Translations under genes and position numbers: made by a program | In this document: one piece after another, positions 46,004 to 55,951 of the stretch | Layout of the letters: each line of letters starts with the position of its first letter | Numbering within the stretch: the stretch's first letter is position 1 | The notes under the pieces: generated by a model | Database searches by the model: none | The model's input: only the letters and a program-made list of their open reading frames with translations | What the model was told of the DNA's origin: nothing | Source: a virus | DNA length: 64,000 nucleotides | Virus record (IMG/VR): IMGVR_UViG_3300010885_026047 | Location: 49,640-113,639 of that record | Direction: 5' to 3' (one strand)

Positions 46004-46312
46004 ATGACTAAGCAAAACTGGTTTCAGGAGTTTGCCACAAGACTTGGGCAGAGTACTCCATGGTTCTTCCGTATAGCTATGAAGATAGGTCTCTGGTGTA
46101 CGGGTATAGGTACAGGTTTACTTGCTTTACAAGTAGTTCCGGGGTTTGTGCCCCATCTGTGGATGGCAGGACTTGGTTCTAACTTGTTAGTAGCAGGGGT
46201 TGTTTTATCAGTTATATCCAAAACTGCTACAACTACACCACAAGACTTACCTAACAACAAGCCGAACCCTATACCTAAAGAGGAAGAGATAGACAACAAA
46301 CAAACTTCATGA
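46004..46312 (+). CDS. Two-TM holin-like protein
   Basis: TPWFFR then two TM helices and a charged tail. Confidence 0.6.
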   Translation: MTKQNWFQEFATRLGQSTPWFFRIAMKIGLWCTGIGTGLLALQVVPGFVPHLWMAGLGSNLLVAGVVLSVISKTATTTPQDLPNNKPNPIPKEEEIDNKQTS

Positions 46313-47010
46313 AGAACTTACTTATAACTATACTTGTGATACTTCTCTTTTTACTGGCTCTTGGGTGGTGGAAAAGTTCCAGAGACTGGAACAGGGAGAA
46401 AGACACTTTTACTGTAGACCTGAAGAAAACGCAGAAACTCGTACAAGACACAAGAGACAGTGTCGGTAGAGAGATAACTGTCTTTCAGGTACAAGCTATC
46501 GGGAGAGATCAGTTACATAACATAGACTCTGCAGAAAGGGCCGAACTCAACTATCAGTTACAACAGGCACATCTGAAGTTAAAAAACGTCCATAACACAG
46601 TTACTTTCGGACAAACTACCCACGATACTACTTCTGTAGTTTTACACGATACTTTAAACCTCGGAGACTCTGCAGAGAAGCTCGTAAACTTTCAAGACCC
46701 TGGCACAGATACTTTCATCCGGTTTATAGGAGTGGCAGACTTCAAACCTATACCCGGAGCTTATATCTTCAAAGGACTAACCTTGGACTACACACTCAAG
46801 ACCGGAGCTACTGTTACCTGGGTAAACAGAAGTAAGTTTCTCCGAAGAGCACAACTTGAACTTCAACTGGTAGAAGCAAACCCAAAGTCAACTACTTACG
46901 GTGTCAGAAGTTACTATATCATACCTGATAAACACTGGTATCAAACCTGGTGGTTTCATGCAGGACTTGGAGTTGTTGGAACTCTTGTTGTTTTACACTA
47001 CTTACGATAA
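46309..47010 (+). CDS. Spanin-like membrane protein
   Basis: N-terminal TM, coiled coil, DT repeats and C-terminal KHWYQ.WW..G.GV anchor. Confidence 0.55.
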   Translation: MKNLLITILVILLFLLALGWWKSSRDWNREKDTFTVDLKKTQKLVQDTRDSVGREITVFQVQAIGRDQLHNIDSAERAELNYQLQQAHLKLKNVHNTVTFGQTTHDTTSVVLHDTLNLGDSAEKLVNFQDPGTDTFIRFIGVADFKPIPGAYIFKGLTLDYTLKTGATVTWVNRSKFLRRAQLELQLVEANPKSTTYGVRSYYIIPDKHWYQTWWFHAGLGVVGTLVVLHYLR

Positions 47011-47471
47011 GAGTTTATCCGTTCTACATGTTTACAAAACTGAGAGTGAGACATAGTATCTCTCATAACTCTGCATATCTTACAACAGGAAACTATCTTA
47101 CTATCTGACATAACTGGTTGGTTATCATCCATAAAACTACAGTACACACAAGGTTCTGAAACTATCTTCAACCACTCTGCTTTTGATAGTATTGAGATGG
47201 CAGACTTTTTATAGTCTCTATATAACTTTCCCTGCAGTTTCTCCTCAGCACTTTTCTGCAGAGACTTACCTCTTTCTATAGCAGCTTTTCTACCAAGGCA
47301 TCCACAACTATCCCTACTATGTAACTGATAACCTCCAAGTGTTATAGTTCTTCGACACTTGCACTTACATAACCAAAGACCTCCTTTATTTGTACCTGAA
47401 GAAGCTTCTACACACTCCATCACTTTGAGGAGGCCAAACGTTTTGTTTAGATAGTTTGCTTTTGCTTTCAT
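46998..47471 (-). mobile_element. Zn-binding HNH-type homing endonuclease, probably degenerate
   Basis: FG.L.V..., WLCKCKC, SCGC, PCVYC, VSCCKIC..M; antisense, with its own TTTG-N20-TATCTTTG promoter (47512-47481). Confidence 0.65.
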
Positions 47472-47610
47472 ATATAGAAACAAAGATAGTTTTTTAAAAC
47501 CAAGTAACCAAACTAACCATTAGCTATAGGATAGGACTTTGGAGATATAAGTTTGTTCTGTTTTGAAGTGGTCGTACTATTTTTACATCCGAACACAAAA
47601 CAAACTTACT

Positions 47611-48933
47611 ATGCTGCCAGATTCATTTCAGCCGTATCTACTTAACAAGCCAGTTGGTAATACGGTAAACTTCACAACTTCCGGTACTACAGATCTGCTT
47701 ACTGCAGGTCAGTTTGGTATCTTTACCTGTCCTCCATCTACAGGTTCTTATGGGTCAGCTATAGCTGCGGGTACATCTACTCCTTGTATCATAGCCTCTG
47801 GTTCGTGGTACAGTGCGGATCAGATCAACCCTTTGTGGGGAGGTTTACAAGAGCCTGACTATACCCAGATCATCGACTGGAAACTGGTAAATGCTTATAT
47901 CTTTACACAAGGAACTGCGGCAGTCAACCAGATAAGTGCTTTCGGATGGAACCAGACATCTGCATCTACTGTAGGTCCTGCTTACTTCTGTGGTACTACA
48001 TATCAGTTCCAGCTTATCGTACAGGGTAACCCTGCACTGAACTTCCTTGATAAACAGTACTACAAGAGCTTTACTGCTTTTGGTGGTTGCTGTGGAACTG
48101 GTTGTACATCAGGTTGCACTACTACTTATGCTGATGCTGCTTGTATACATCTTCAGTGGAAGGATGGTATGACACAAGATCCATACATGCCTTCGTTCAT
48201 ATATCCACAAGTGTTTATACAAACATCTGCAGGTACAGCAGTTGAGGTATATAGTGCTTATGACGTACAAAGGGCAACTGCTGGTACATACGGACTTGTT
48301 CCAGGGTCTACCGGGCCAGGTAACTCTGCACTACAGGCACAAGTTCTTGCTGCAGGAGCTTACACTTGTAACACATCTAATCCTCAAGCAGTAGTATCTT
48401 CCCTACAGATAACCTGTGCTTATATACAGACTGTCTTCGGAACATGTACGTTCTCACCAACAGATCACTTCGAGGTAGAACCTATCTATGTACAAGGTTC
48501 TCTGTTCACTCAGGATGCTAATCCTTGTGCAGTAAACACTACGATAGATACATCAGTACCTAACATGTGGGTTCAGATACAAGCACCTTTGCAGATGCGT
48601 GGTATAGGGCAGACAGTTGTACGTAACATGATCGAGTGGGGTAGGTACAAACAAGAAGACTTCCCTGATAGCCAGTGGGTAGGATCACTCAGGATGCGTG
48701 AGATAGAACTGTATCCATGGTTGACTGCTGTTAACCTTGCAGGTATCTATGACATGCTTTACCTGAAATATAATGTCTATAGGCCATACAACGATCAGCA
48801 GATACACAACAACAATGAGTATGCGCTGACTATGTACTTCCCTACAGGAACAGTAATAACAGCTTGGACTAACCTGATAAACTCTTGTTTGAGTGCTGCA
48901 GGAAACTACATCGTGTCACCAACTACTGTCTAA
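47611..48933 (+). CDS. Conserved crAss-like virion protein (auxiliary capsid/tail)
   Basis: L.AGQFG.F, ASGS....D.I.P..GG..E, F.CG.TY, G.PAL.FL, FG.CTF...D..E.EP, RMREIE. Confidence 0.7.
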   Translation: MLPDSFQPYLLNKPVGNTVNFTTSGTTDLLTAGQFGIFTCPPSTGSYGSAIAAGTSTPCIIASGSWYSADQINPLWGGLQEPDYTQIIDWKLVNAYIFTQGTAAVNQISAFGWNQTSASTVGPAYFCGTTYQFQLIVQGNPALNFLDKQYYKSFTAFGGCCGTGCTSGCTTTYADAACIHLQWKDGMTQDPYMPSFIYPQVFIQTSAGTAVEVYSAYDVQRATAGTYGLVPGSTGPGNSALQAQVLAAGAYTCNTSNPQAVVSSLQITCAYIQTVFGTCTFSPTDHFEVEPIYVQGSLFTQDANPCAVNTTIDTSVPNMWVQIQAPLQMRGIGQTVVRNMIEWGRYKQEDFPDSQWVGSLRMREIELYPWLTAVNLAGIYDMLYLKYNVYRPYNDQQIHNNNEYALTMYFPTGTVITAWTNLINSCLSAAGNYIVSPTTV

Positions 48934-48937
48934 GTAG

Positions 48938-48970
48938 TGGGGAGAGTATCTGAAAAGTTTACTCTCCCCA
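48938..48970 (+). terminator. Hairpin after the 47611 gene
   Basis: TGGGGAGAGTA...TACTCTCCCCA. Confidence 0.6.
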
Positions 48971-49076
48971 TATCATTACATACATCATACTAGTACTATG
49001 ATTTTGAAGAAAGTGTCTTACAGCAGTTTGTTATGTACTAGATAACTTACTTCCTGTAAGACATTATTACTTTACA

Positions 49077-49589
49077 ATGGAAAGGTTTTGGAAGAAAGTT
49101 GATATAAGAACAGAAGAAGAGTGCTGGAACTGGACAGCTTATAAGGACAAAGGAGGGTATGGGATATTTAAAGTAAAGAGTGGTATAAATGAAACTGCTC
49201 ATAGGTTCTCATATAACTGGTGTAAGGGAGATATAACAAACGGGTTACATGTATGCCATAAGTGTGATAACCCTTCCTGTGTAAACCCAAACCATCTATT
49301 TCTAGGTACTCCTGCTGAGAACCATGAAGATGCTACTCGAAAAGGGAGAAAGGATATGAAAGTTATAGCTGGTATAGGGAGAACTTTTACTAAGTTATTT
49401 GAACGAGGACATATACCTCATAACAGAACAGTATCTGATGAAACAGTACTATATGTTAAAAGGTTGTTGAGGGATTATCCAGATAAAACAGTAAAGAGTA
49501 TAGCTGAAGATACTAACGTATCTGTAGATATAGTAAACAAGATAAAGTCAGGAGTATCATATAGTTATTTACGACTAGAAGAAATATGA
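49077..49589 (+). mobile_element. Free-standing HNH homing endonuclease
   Basis: RFW.KV....[37 protein letters not shown]. Confidence 0.9.
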
Positions 49590-50140
49590 GTCAGCATATC
49601 TTATCAGTACAGGTGGACGATACTTATAACCCAGGAGTTTTCTTGGTTCGAGATACGTCTATCTATACCTCATCACTTCCTGTTAGTTGTCAGAGTTTGC
49701 AGATAACACCTCCGGGTTTTACTACACCTACAGTTATAGTACCTACTACCCAGAACTTTCAGTATGTGTTAAATGCTTGTACACTTGGTATAGTTAACCC
49801 TACAGGTTGTTCTGATATGTGCCCAAACATACCTGATGGTATATATGGGATATGGTATAGTGTTTCTCCTAACGATAAAGTGTTTGTTGGATACCAGTAT
49901 CTACGGATAGTGCAAGCTATAAACAGGTTAAACAAGTATCTCTGTGCTTTACAACTTCCTAACTGTTTACCAGGCCAGGAGCTGACTTACGAGTTACAAA
50001 ACATAGACATCATCCGTAACTATCTGAGAAGTGCTCAGACTAACATAAACGAGTTACATGAGTTAACTGACGGTATCAACCAATATAGGTTTGCTATAGA
50101 CTTGATGAACAAAATGAGTAGAAAAAAACCATACTGTTAA
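49586..50140 (+). CDS. Conserved crAss-like structural protein
   Basis: [32 protein letters not shown]. Confidence 0.7.
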   Translation: MSQHILSVQVDDTYNPGVFLVRDTSIYTSSLPVSCQSLQITPPGFTTPTVIVPTTQNFQYVLNACTLGIVNPTGCSDMCPNIPDGIYGIWYSVSPNDKVFVGYQYLRIVQAINRLNKYLCALQLPNCLPGQELTYELQNIDIIRNYLRSAQTNINELHELTDGINQYRFAIDLMNKMSRKKPYC

Positions 50141-50142
50141 CT

Positions 50143-50391
50143 ATGACTGTATGCAGGAACTGTGGGAACCCATGCTGTGCATGTAACTGTCCAGGATGTC
50201 ACTGTCAGATACTAACAGGACCAGGAGGAGTACAGTGTTGTACGATGTGCATAACAGGACTACAAAGACAAGAACAAGCACAACAGGTAGTAAATACACC
50301 TCTGGTACAAGGGGCACAGTCACCGGAGATAATGGAACAAATAGTAAAACAAAGGTTACAGCAAGTACAACTAAACAGGTTCAGAGTATGA
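50143..50391 (+). CDS. Small Cys-rich protein
   Basis: CRNCGNPCCACNCPGCHC...CCTMC. Confidence 0.65.
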   Translation: MTVCRNCGNPCCACNCPGCHCQILTGPGGVQCCTMCITGLQRQEQAQQVVNTPLVQGAQSPEIMEQIVKQRLQQVQLNRFRV

Positions 50392-50759
50392 CAGACTTCA
50401 GACTGGAACGAAAGAAAGTAAACAGTGACTACTGTTCCTCTTACCTTGCACTATACATGCTCGGCGAGTATGGTATAGAAGTGGGCTATAGCGTTCCTCC
50501 TGTACAAGTATCTACTATGAACAAAGAACTACTGGACTGGCAGGAAGGAAGTGACTGTTGTGCTTTATGCGGTAAGTCTGCTCTTAACCAAGGTTTTACT
50601 ATAACTTCTTATGCAGTTCTGTCACCAAACCCTTGTACACCACTTGTTCCTCTTTTTGCAGGAGATCAGTGTTGTCCTTGTTTTGTGAATCCTGCTTTAA
50701 ATAACCAGGCAACTAACTGTTGGCCACAAACCCCTATATATGGAACCTGTTGTAACTAA
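50388..50759 (+). CDS. Cys-rich protein (start revised to ATG 50388)
   Basis: ATGA overlap with the upstream stop; YGIE, KELLDW motif. Confidence 0.65.
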   Translation: MTDFRLERKKVNSDYCSSYLALYMLGEYGIEVGYSVPPVQVSTMNKELLDWQEGSDCCALCGKSALNQGFTITSYAVLSPNPCTPLVPLFAGDQCCPCFVNPALNNQATNCWPQTPIYGTCCN

Positions 50760-51285
50760 CTCAGCAAGTAACACTTGCGATAACCCGATATCCAGTAACT
50801 GTGTGTTAGTTTCAACACCTGTACCTGGAACTCAAGGACTATGTTATCCGACTACTCTTACACAGGTTATTACTAATCTTGGTAATATCATTACTGGGGG
50901 AAATGGTACTGGAACTGACGGTTTAGGAGGAGTTACTATCCCTGGTATAGATCTTGGATGTTTATACAGTACAACTGTAGGAACTTGTCCTGCAGGTTGG
51001 ACGTTTGTACCAGCTACTGCAACTGTAGCTGCTCACTGTTCTAATGGGTGTCCTCCCGGAAGCGTTCCTAATGGTACTAATCCGGATGGAACACTTTTAT
51101 GTGCTTTCTGTCCATCATTTTCACCTTGTCCCCCTCCTGCTCCTACTTACATAGCTAACTCTGACCCCTCACCTACAACACTTGCAGGTATCTTGCAACA
51201 GATCGTTGACTTTCTACAACCCTTTTGTACATGTAATCCTTGTGCCGCTGTTAGTGCTTCAGCGGGACCTAATCATACTCCATAA
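50740..51285 (+). CDS. Cys/Pro-rich virion protein
   Basis: C.NPISSNCV, DLGCL, CPAGW/CPPGS repeats. Confidence 0.65.
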   Translation: MEPVVTNSASNTCDNPISSNCVLVSTPVPGTQGLCYPTTLTQVITNLGNIITGGNGTGTDGLGGVTIPGIDLGCLYSTTVGTCPAGWTFVPATATVAAHCSNGCPPGSVPNGTNPDGTLLCAFCPSFSPCPPPAPTYIANSDPSPTTLAGILQQIVDFLQPFCTCNPCAAVSASAGPNHTP

Positions 51286-51294
51286 ACAGATAAC

Positions 51295-52515
51295 ATGACC
51301 CCAGCAACTCCATACTTTCCTATACAACTCCCAGCTAATCTCAAGTTTATAAATGCGAGTGGTAACACTGTGTCCCAGTTACCTCCTGTAGCTGCTACTG
51401 CTCAACTTGATAATGCTCAAACAGGAGCTATATCTCTCAACCTTGCTGCTACAAACAATCTTATAAACCAAACTGCAGTTATAAACCAAACCCTTATAAG
51501 TTACAATACTCAACTTACTTCACTTCAGACTCAGATAACAGCCATCAACACATCTGGAGCAGTAGCTATACCTCAAGTTAACGGAGGTTGTTTAACAAGT
51601 CCTGTAGGTCAGGTGCTTCCTATAAACGTAGCAGTCACTAACCTTATATCTAATACTTGTGCTTATAACACAGTCCTTGGAACAACTACACAGTTAACTA
51701 ATGCTATACTTGCTCAGTGTAACAACTTAAACACTTTACAAGCTTATAGCCAGAACAGTGTCATGTCAGGACTTACTGGGTGGATATCTACAGTAACTAA
51801 CATAGCTCAGTCTTTTAACAACCTGTGGTTAGCTTACTGTGATATGAGAACTGGTGTCACACAAGCGTTAGCTCAGAGCAGCATCACTTGTGCAGATATA
51901 ACTCTGAACTACCAGGGCGTATATAGTATGAGTGCCAAGACTATCACGATGTACTTCTACACTAGTTCTATACCTTCTAACTTTAGCAGTTCCGGTAGTA
52001 GTAGTGGTACATTTACTATAACAGATACTTACGGTAATGTATACACACAAAGCTTTAACTTATACTCTACAGTAACTACAGGATCTATAGTACTGAACAT
52101 CGGAGCAAGTGCTTTGGCTCAGAACGTAACTTACGAAGCTGTTCTATCTTATAGTTTAACTAGTACAACACCATCACTTGGCTGTAGTGGTTCCATACCT
52201 AACACTATCATTAACAACACGTCTACATGTCCTGTAGTAGTTCTATCTGCCATTGCAGGACCTGCTATACAGTATATACTTACACCAACACTTATAAGTA
52301 ATGTTACTTACAACGTATCTTTGATAAACAGTTCAGGTTCAACATCTGGTGGAACAGTTTTAAGTACCAACAGTTATAACAATCCATCAACACCAACTAT
52401 AGGATCGTTTACAGGACTTACACCAAGTACTCTATACTTTGTAAGAGTGACAGTTATAACCAGTGAGAACACAACTATATGTCCGGCACAATCACAACTA
52501 ACAGGAGGATCTTAA
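51295..52515 (+). CDS. Virion fibre/needle-like protein with coiled coil and FN3-like C-terminus
   Basis: NLWLAYCDMR; FTGLTPSTLY.V.V. Confidence 0.7.
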   Translation: MTPATPYFPIQLPANLKFINASGNTVSQLPPVAATAQLDNAQTGAISLNLAATNNLINQTAVINQTLISYNTQLTSLQTQITAINTSGAVAIPQVNGGCLTSPVGQVLPINVAVTNLISNTCAYNTVLGTTTQLTNAILAQCNNLNTLQAYSQNSVMSGLTGWISTVTNIAQSFNNLWLAYCDMRTGVTQALAQSSITCADITLNYQGVYSMSAKTITMYFYTSSIPSNFSSSGSSSGTFTITDTYGNVYTQSFNLYSTVTTGSIVLNIGASALAQNVTYEAVLSYSLTSTTPSLGCSGSIPNTIINNTSTCPVVVLSAIAGPAIQYILTPTLISNVTYNVSLINSSGSTSGGTVLSTNSYNNPSTPTIGSFTGLTPSTLYFVRVTVITSENTTICPAQSQLTGGS

Positions 52516-52518
52516 CAT

Positions 52519-52983
52519 ATGTGTAACTGCAGCTCAACAACTTCGTGCTTAAACTGCCAACAGGGTATACAATGCAACTGCCCACCTACATACCCTGTAC
52601 CTCATGCAACTGTTCCTTGTAGCTGTTGTCCTCCTGGGTATACTCTTGTGTCAGGTTCCTGTGTAGATACTGCTACTGGAAAGATAAAGATATCACCTAT
52701 ACCATGTGTGGCTTGTGAAACATCACAGACTACCGACTGTGTGTTTTATAGCGGAGAGGTTCCTTTACTGTGTAACCCATCTGGTATAAACCCTGCAGAT
52801 AACCTAACTACGATCATAAACAAGTTATGTTTTAGCAGTCCTCAGAACATCATGGCTTTTTTGAGTGCTATATCTCTTAACCAAACTTTGTACGATGGTT
52901 TCTGTAACCTGGTTTCTGGTTGCACAGGTTTACCATCTCCCGTTGTCCCGGTGATCGGAACTTTGTCATGGAGCATACCATAA
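52519..52983 (+). CDS. Cys-rich virion protein
   Basis: CCPPGY, C.E....DCV.Y.G, L..II.KL. Confidence 0.65.
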   Translation: MCNCSSTTSCLNCQQGIQCNCPPTYPVPHATVPCSCCPPGYTLVSGSCVDTATGKIKISPIPCVACETSQTTDCVFYSGEVPLLCNPSGINPADNLTTIINKLCFSSPQNIMAFLSAISLNQTLYDGFCNLVSGCTGLPSPVVPVIGTLSWSIP

Positions 52984-52992
52984 AACTTATAT

Positions 52993-53541
52993 ATGTCAGT
53001 AACTACAACAGCATCATTTCCCATAACACTTACCAATACAGTTGGACATACCTACTATACGATACAGTCTCGTTTAAGTGGTACAAGTGCCTGGACCGAC
53101 TTTAACACAAGTGGTAGTACTGCTTCTATATCTGGTTTAGAGCCAAATATGTTGTATGACTTTCAGGTTATCAACGTGAACGGAACTACTAACCCAGCTT
53201 CTGCTATAGTTCAAAGTGCTAACATAACTGATCCTGATCCTAACTTCAGTCCTGTTAACAATGCTATATCTATGTCATGGATCAACCTAAGTTCTGATAT
53301 AACAGGTTATGGGACAACTATAGCTTTAGAAAGTAATCCTACAGTTATACTAGCTACTCATAATCCTACTATAAACCCGACTGTAACAGATACCTTTAGT
53401 GGCCTTGCTCCATTTACTCTATATAACATAACGGTAACTCCTGCTATAGGAAGTATAGCTAACACTTTTACTTATCCTGTACTTACTACAGCTACATCTA
53501 CTTGTCCGGCACCACTTAACGTAACAGCAACACTTGTATAA
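52993..53541 (+). CDS. Fibronectin type III domain protein
   Basis: ISGLEPNMLYDFQV and FSGLAPFTLYNITV. Confidence 0.75.
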   Translation: MSVTTTASFPITLTNTVGHTYYTIQSRLSGTSAWTDFNTSGSTASISGLEPNMLYDFQVINVNGTTNPASAIVQSANITDPDPNFSPVNNAISMSWINLSSDITGYGTTIALESNPTVILATHNPTINPTVTDTFSGLAPFTLYNITVTPAIGSIANTFTYPVLTTATSTCPAPLNVTATLV

Positions 53542-53543
53542 CT

Positions 53544-54497
53544 ATGTCACAGACACTTACAGTTTTATGGACTCCCCCTACACCTGATCCAGGATCATAC
53601 CAGTTATCTTATAGAGCGCAGGGAGGTGTTTCATATACTACAGTTAATACTTCAGGAAGTCCTACTAGTATATACTCACTTGTTCCTGCCAATTATGAAG
53701 GTTATATACAGTCAAACTGTTTAACACCAGATCCTCCTACACTTAGTAGTGCTGCTCCTTTTGGTGTAAATGGATGGCAACCTTTCTATGTAAACCTTAG
53801 TACATCAGGTAGTACCTGGACAGTTTACGGTACATCTGTCTATGGAAATCCTTATGCGACATTAGTTAGCGGTACTATATACTATCATGTAGGAGCTAGT
53901 AACCTTACAGTATCAGGATCAGGTACATATCCTGCAGGCTCTACATACGCTTCACTTCTGGTAACATCTGTACCCGGAGGAGCTGTAGTAGATAAAGTAC
54001 TGATTACTAATATGTCCCCTATCTTTGATAACGGAGGGGCGTTACAACAGTTTGATAGTGTTTCTACACCTAAGTACTTTTCTTTTTATAACACTTCTGG
54101 TTGTACAAGTGGTAATACTTCAGGATGTACAGCCCCTACATGGAACGGTTCACCTATAACACTTCCTTCTTTTTTCCTGAGAGGTTTTAACGTTACTTCT
54201 GTAGACGGTTCTGGAAATCCACTATCAGGTAACATACTTGTACAGTGGATACAGAGTGCTGTATATGGAGGAGGGTTAGGTATATATAGCCACATTACTT
54301 TTAATGTTTATGATCCGGATAAAACGCTTATGGGTACGGTTACTGTACCTTATGGACAACCTGGTCTCAATAATGCGACTATTCCTGTAAGTAAAGTAAC
54401 AGCTCCTTTAAGTATAACAAGTCAGTTTACCATGAAAACTTTATGGGCAGATACTTCAGTCTCTGCTACCAAGCTCTTTTACTTACCGAGTTTTTAA
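53544..54497 (+). CDS. Ig/FN3-like Ser/Thr-rich virion protein
   Basis: W.PP.P.P.SY.L.YR, YEG.IQSNC. Confidence 0.65.
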   Translation: MSQTLTVLWTPPTPDPGSYQLSYRAQGGVSYTTVNTSGSPTSIYSLVPANYEGYIQSNCLTPDPPTLSSAAPFGVNGWQPFYVNLSTSGSTWTVYGTSVYGNPYATLVSGTIYYHVGASNLTVSGSGTYPAGSTYASLLVTSVPGGAVVDKVLITNMSPIFDNGGALQQFDSVSTPKYFSFYNTSGCTSGNTSGCTAPTWNGSPITLPSFFLRGFNVTSVDGSGNPLSGNILVQWIQSAVYGGGLGIYSHITFNVYDPDKTLMGTVTVPYGQPGLNNATIPVSKVTAPLSITSQFTMKTLWADTSVSATKLFYLPSF

Positions 54498-54526
54498 AGA
54501 TATCCCAGAGTGGTTCCCTGGTATAG

Positions 54527-54565
54527 GTGAGTAGGTTATCTTAACTGGATAACCTTTCACTTTTT
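54527..54565 (+). terminator. Intrinsic terminator
   Basis: AGGTTATC-TTAACTG-GATAACCT, with TTTTT shortly after. Confidence 0.55.
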
Positions 54566-54640
54566 ATAACTGTAAGAGTTTAGTAATTGCAATCGAAACT
54601 GTGTAACAAAACTTTTATACGAAAGAAATAACTTCGTACT

Positions 54641-55258
54641 ATGGCTGAAAAACCACCACGATATAAAACAGATACTTTCGATGTACTTGCCAGATACTAT
54701 CGGAAAGGTAACAGTGTTTGTAAGTCAGACAACGACTTTTACAAACGGATGAAAGAGACTTACCCTGATCTGTCTATATACCCAGATGTTCAGATACAAA
54801 AGCTATGTATAGAGTTCAACAAGTTTCTTTCTGAAGTTATAGTAGAACACAGGGATGGTGTACTCTTACATGCTAACCTGGGCTTTGTGATGGTCTGTAC
54901 TGCAGGTAAAAGAACTTGTGCTGTGAACTATAAGGAGTCCAAGAAACAGGGAGAGAAAGTGTTTTATAGAAATGAGCACTCTGAGAGTTATGGGGCCATG
55001 GTTTACTATAGTGGCTACTACAGAGAGCGTAACTCTAAACCACTAAGGATGTTTGCTAACTGTGAAGTGTGGTCTTTTTGTGCTGGTAGAAGGTTAAACA
55101 GACTTGTAGCACAGGGTTACAAAGAGTGCTATAAGAAGTACTGGAAGTTACCTAAGAGCAGACGGATAACAGACATGTTAAACAGTTACCAGAAACAGAT
55201 GAGAGTAAAGAGAAAGGTTAAAGCTATACCAGAGAACTACGATGAGTTTAAGTTTTAA
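54641..55258 (+). CDS. IHF/HU-like conserved crAss-like protein
   Basis: FN......I.E.RDGV.L...LG; basic protein. Confidence 0.55.
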   Translation: MAEKPPRYKTDTFDVLARYYRKGNSVCKSDNDFYKRMKETYPDLSIYPDVQIQKLCIEFNKFLSEVIVEHRDGVLLHANLGFVMVCTAGKRTCAVNYKESKKQGEKVFYRNEHSESYGAMVYYSGYYRERNSKPLRMFANCEVWSFCAGRRLNRLVAQGYKECYKKYWKLPKSRRITDMLNSYQKQMRVKRKVKAIPENYDEFKF

Positions 55259-55273
55259 ACATATACAAAAAAG

Positions 55274-55951
55274 ATGTCAGATACTCGTATAGGAGATGTA
55301 ACTAGTCGTATCCGTAACTCAGTGAAAGCAGTCAGACAAGACTCCTTTTTAACCGACTACTACATATATGGTTTGTTTCTGAAGTATGCAGCAGTTCGTA
55401 TCAAACAACTAGATGAAAAGGGTAGGTTATATGCTTTCAGTTCTATCTTTGAAACACTGGACTTTGTAAAACTTGAAGAGACTGACTGGGTAGAAGCAGG
55501 TTGTTCAGGGATACAGAGTTACCGAACTATGAGAAAGACTTGTGACTCCTTACCTATGTTTATGGAAGGTAAGTTTGGACCTATGGTACGATCTATAACT
55601 TCTTTGGACGGCAGAACTCCTTTTCAGCTTACATCACTTGATAACTATGTTCTACTCTCTAAACAGGGAACTTTCAAGTACAACAGAACTAACTACTGCT
55701 GGTGGCTAAACGATCACTTGTACTTTCCAGATGCACCTTATCCTGCTATACGTATAGAAGGTATGTTCCAGGAAGACATCAGTAAGTTCAAGTGTAACTA
55801 CGATGACTGTTGTAAACGAAGACAAGACCAGTCACTTAACGTACCTGACTACATACTTTCAGATATCGAAAAGTTTGTACTTGCTGAGTTAAACGGTGAG
55901 GAACGTATACCTTCAGACATTGCTCACGATGCTATAAACCCCACTCGATAA
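55274..55951 (+). CDS. Tail ring/tubular protein (putative)
   Basis: IG...SR.RN..KAV..D.FLTD..IY, Y.W..ND.LYFP. Confidence 0.65.
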   Translation: MSDTRIGDVTSRIRNSVKAVRQDSFLTDYYIYGLFLKYAAVRIKQLDEKGRLYAFSSIFETLDFVKLEETDWVEAGCSGIQSYRTMRKTCDSLPMFMEGKFGPMVRSITSLDGRTPFQLTSLDNYVLLSKQGTFKYNRTNYCWWLNDHLYFPDAPYPAIRIEGMFQEDISKFKCNYDDCCKRRQDQSLNVPDYILSDIEKFVLAELNGEERIPSDIAHDAINPTR

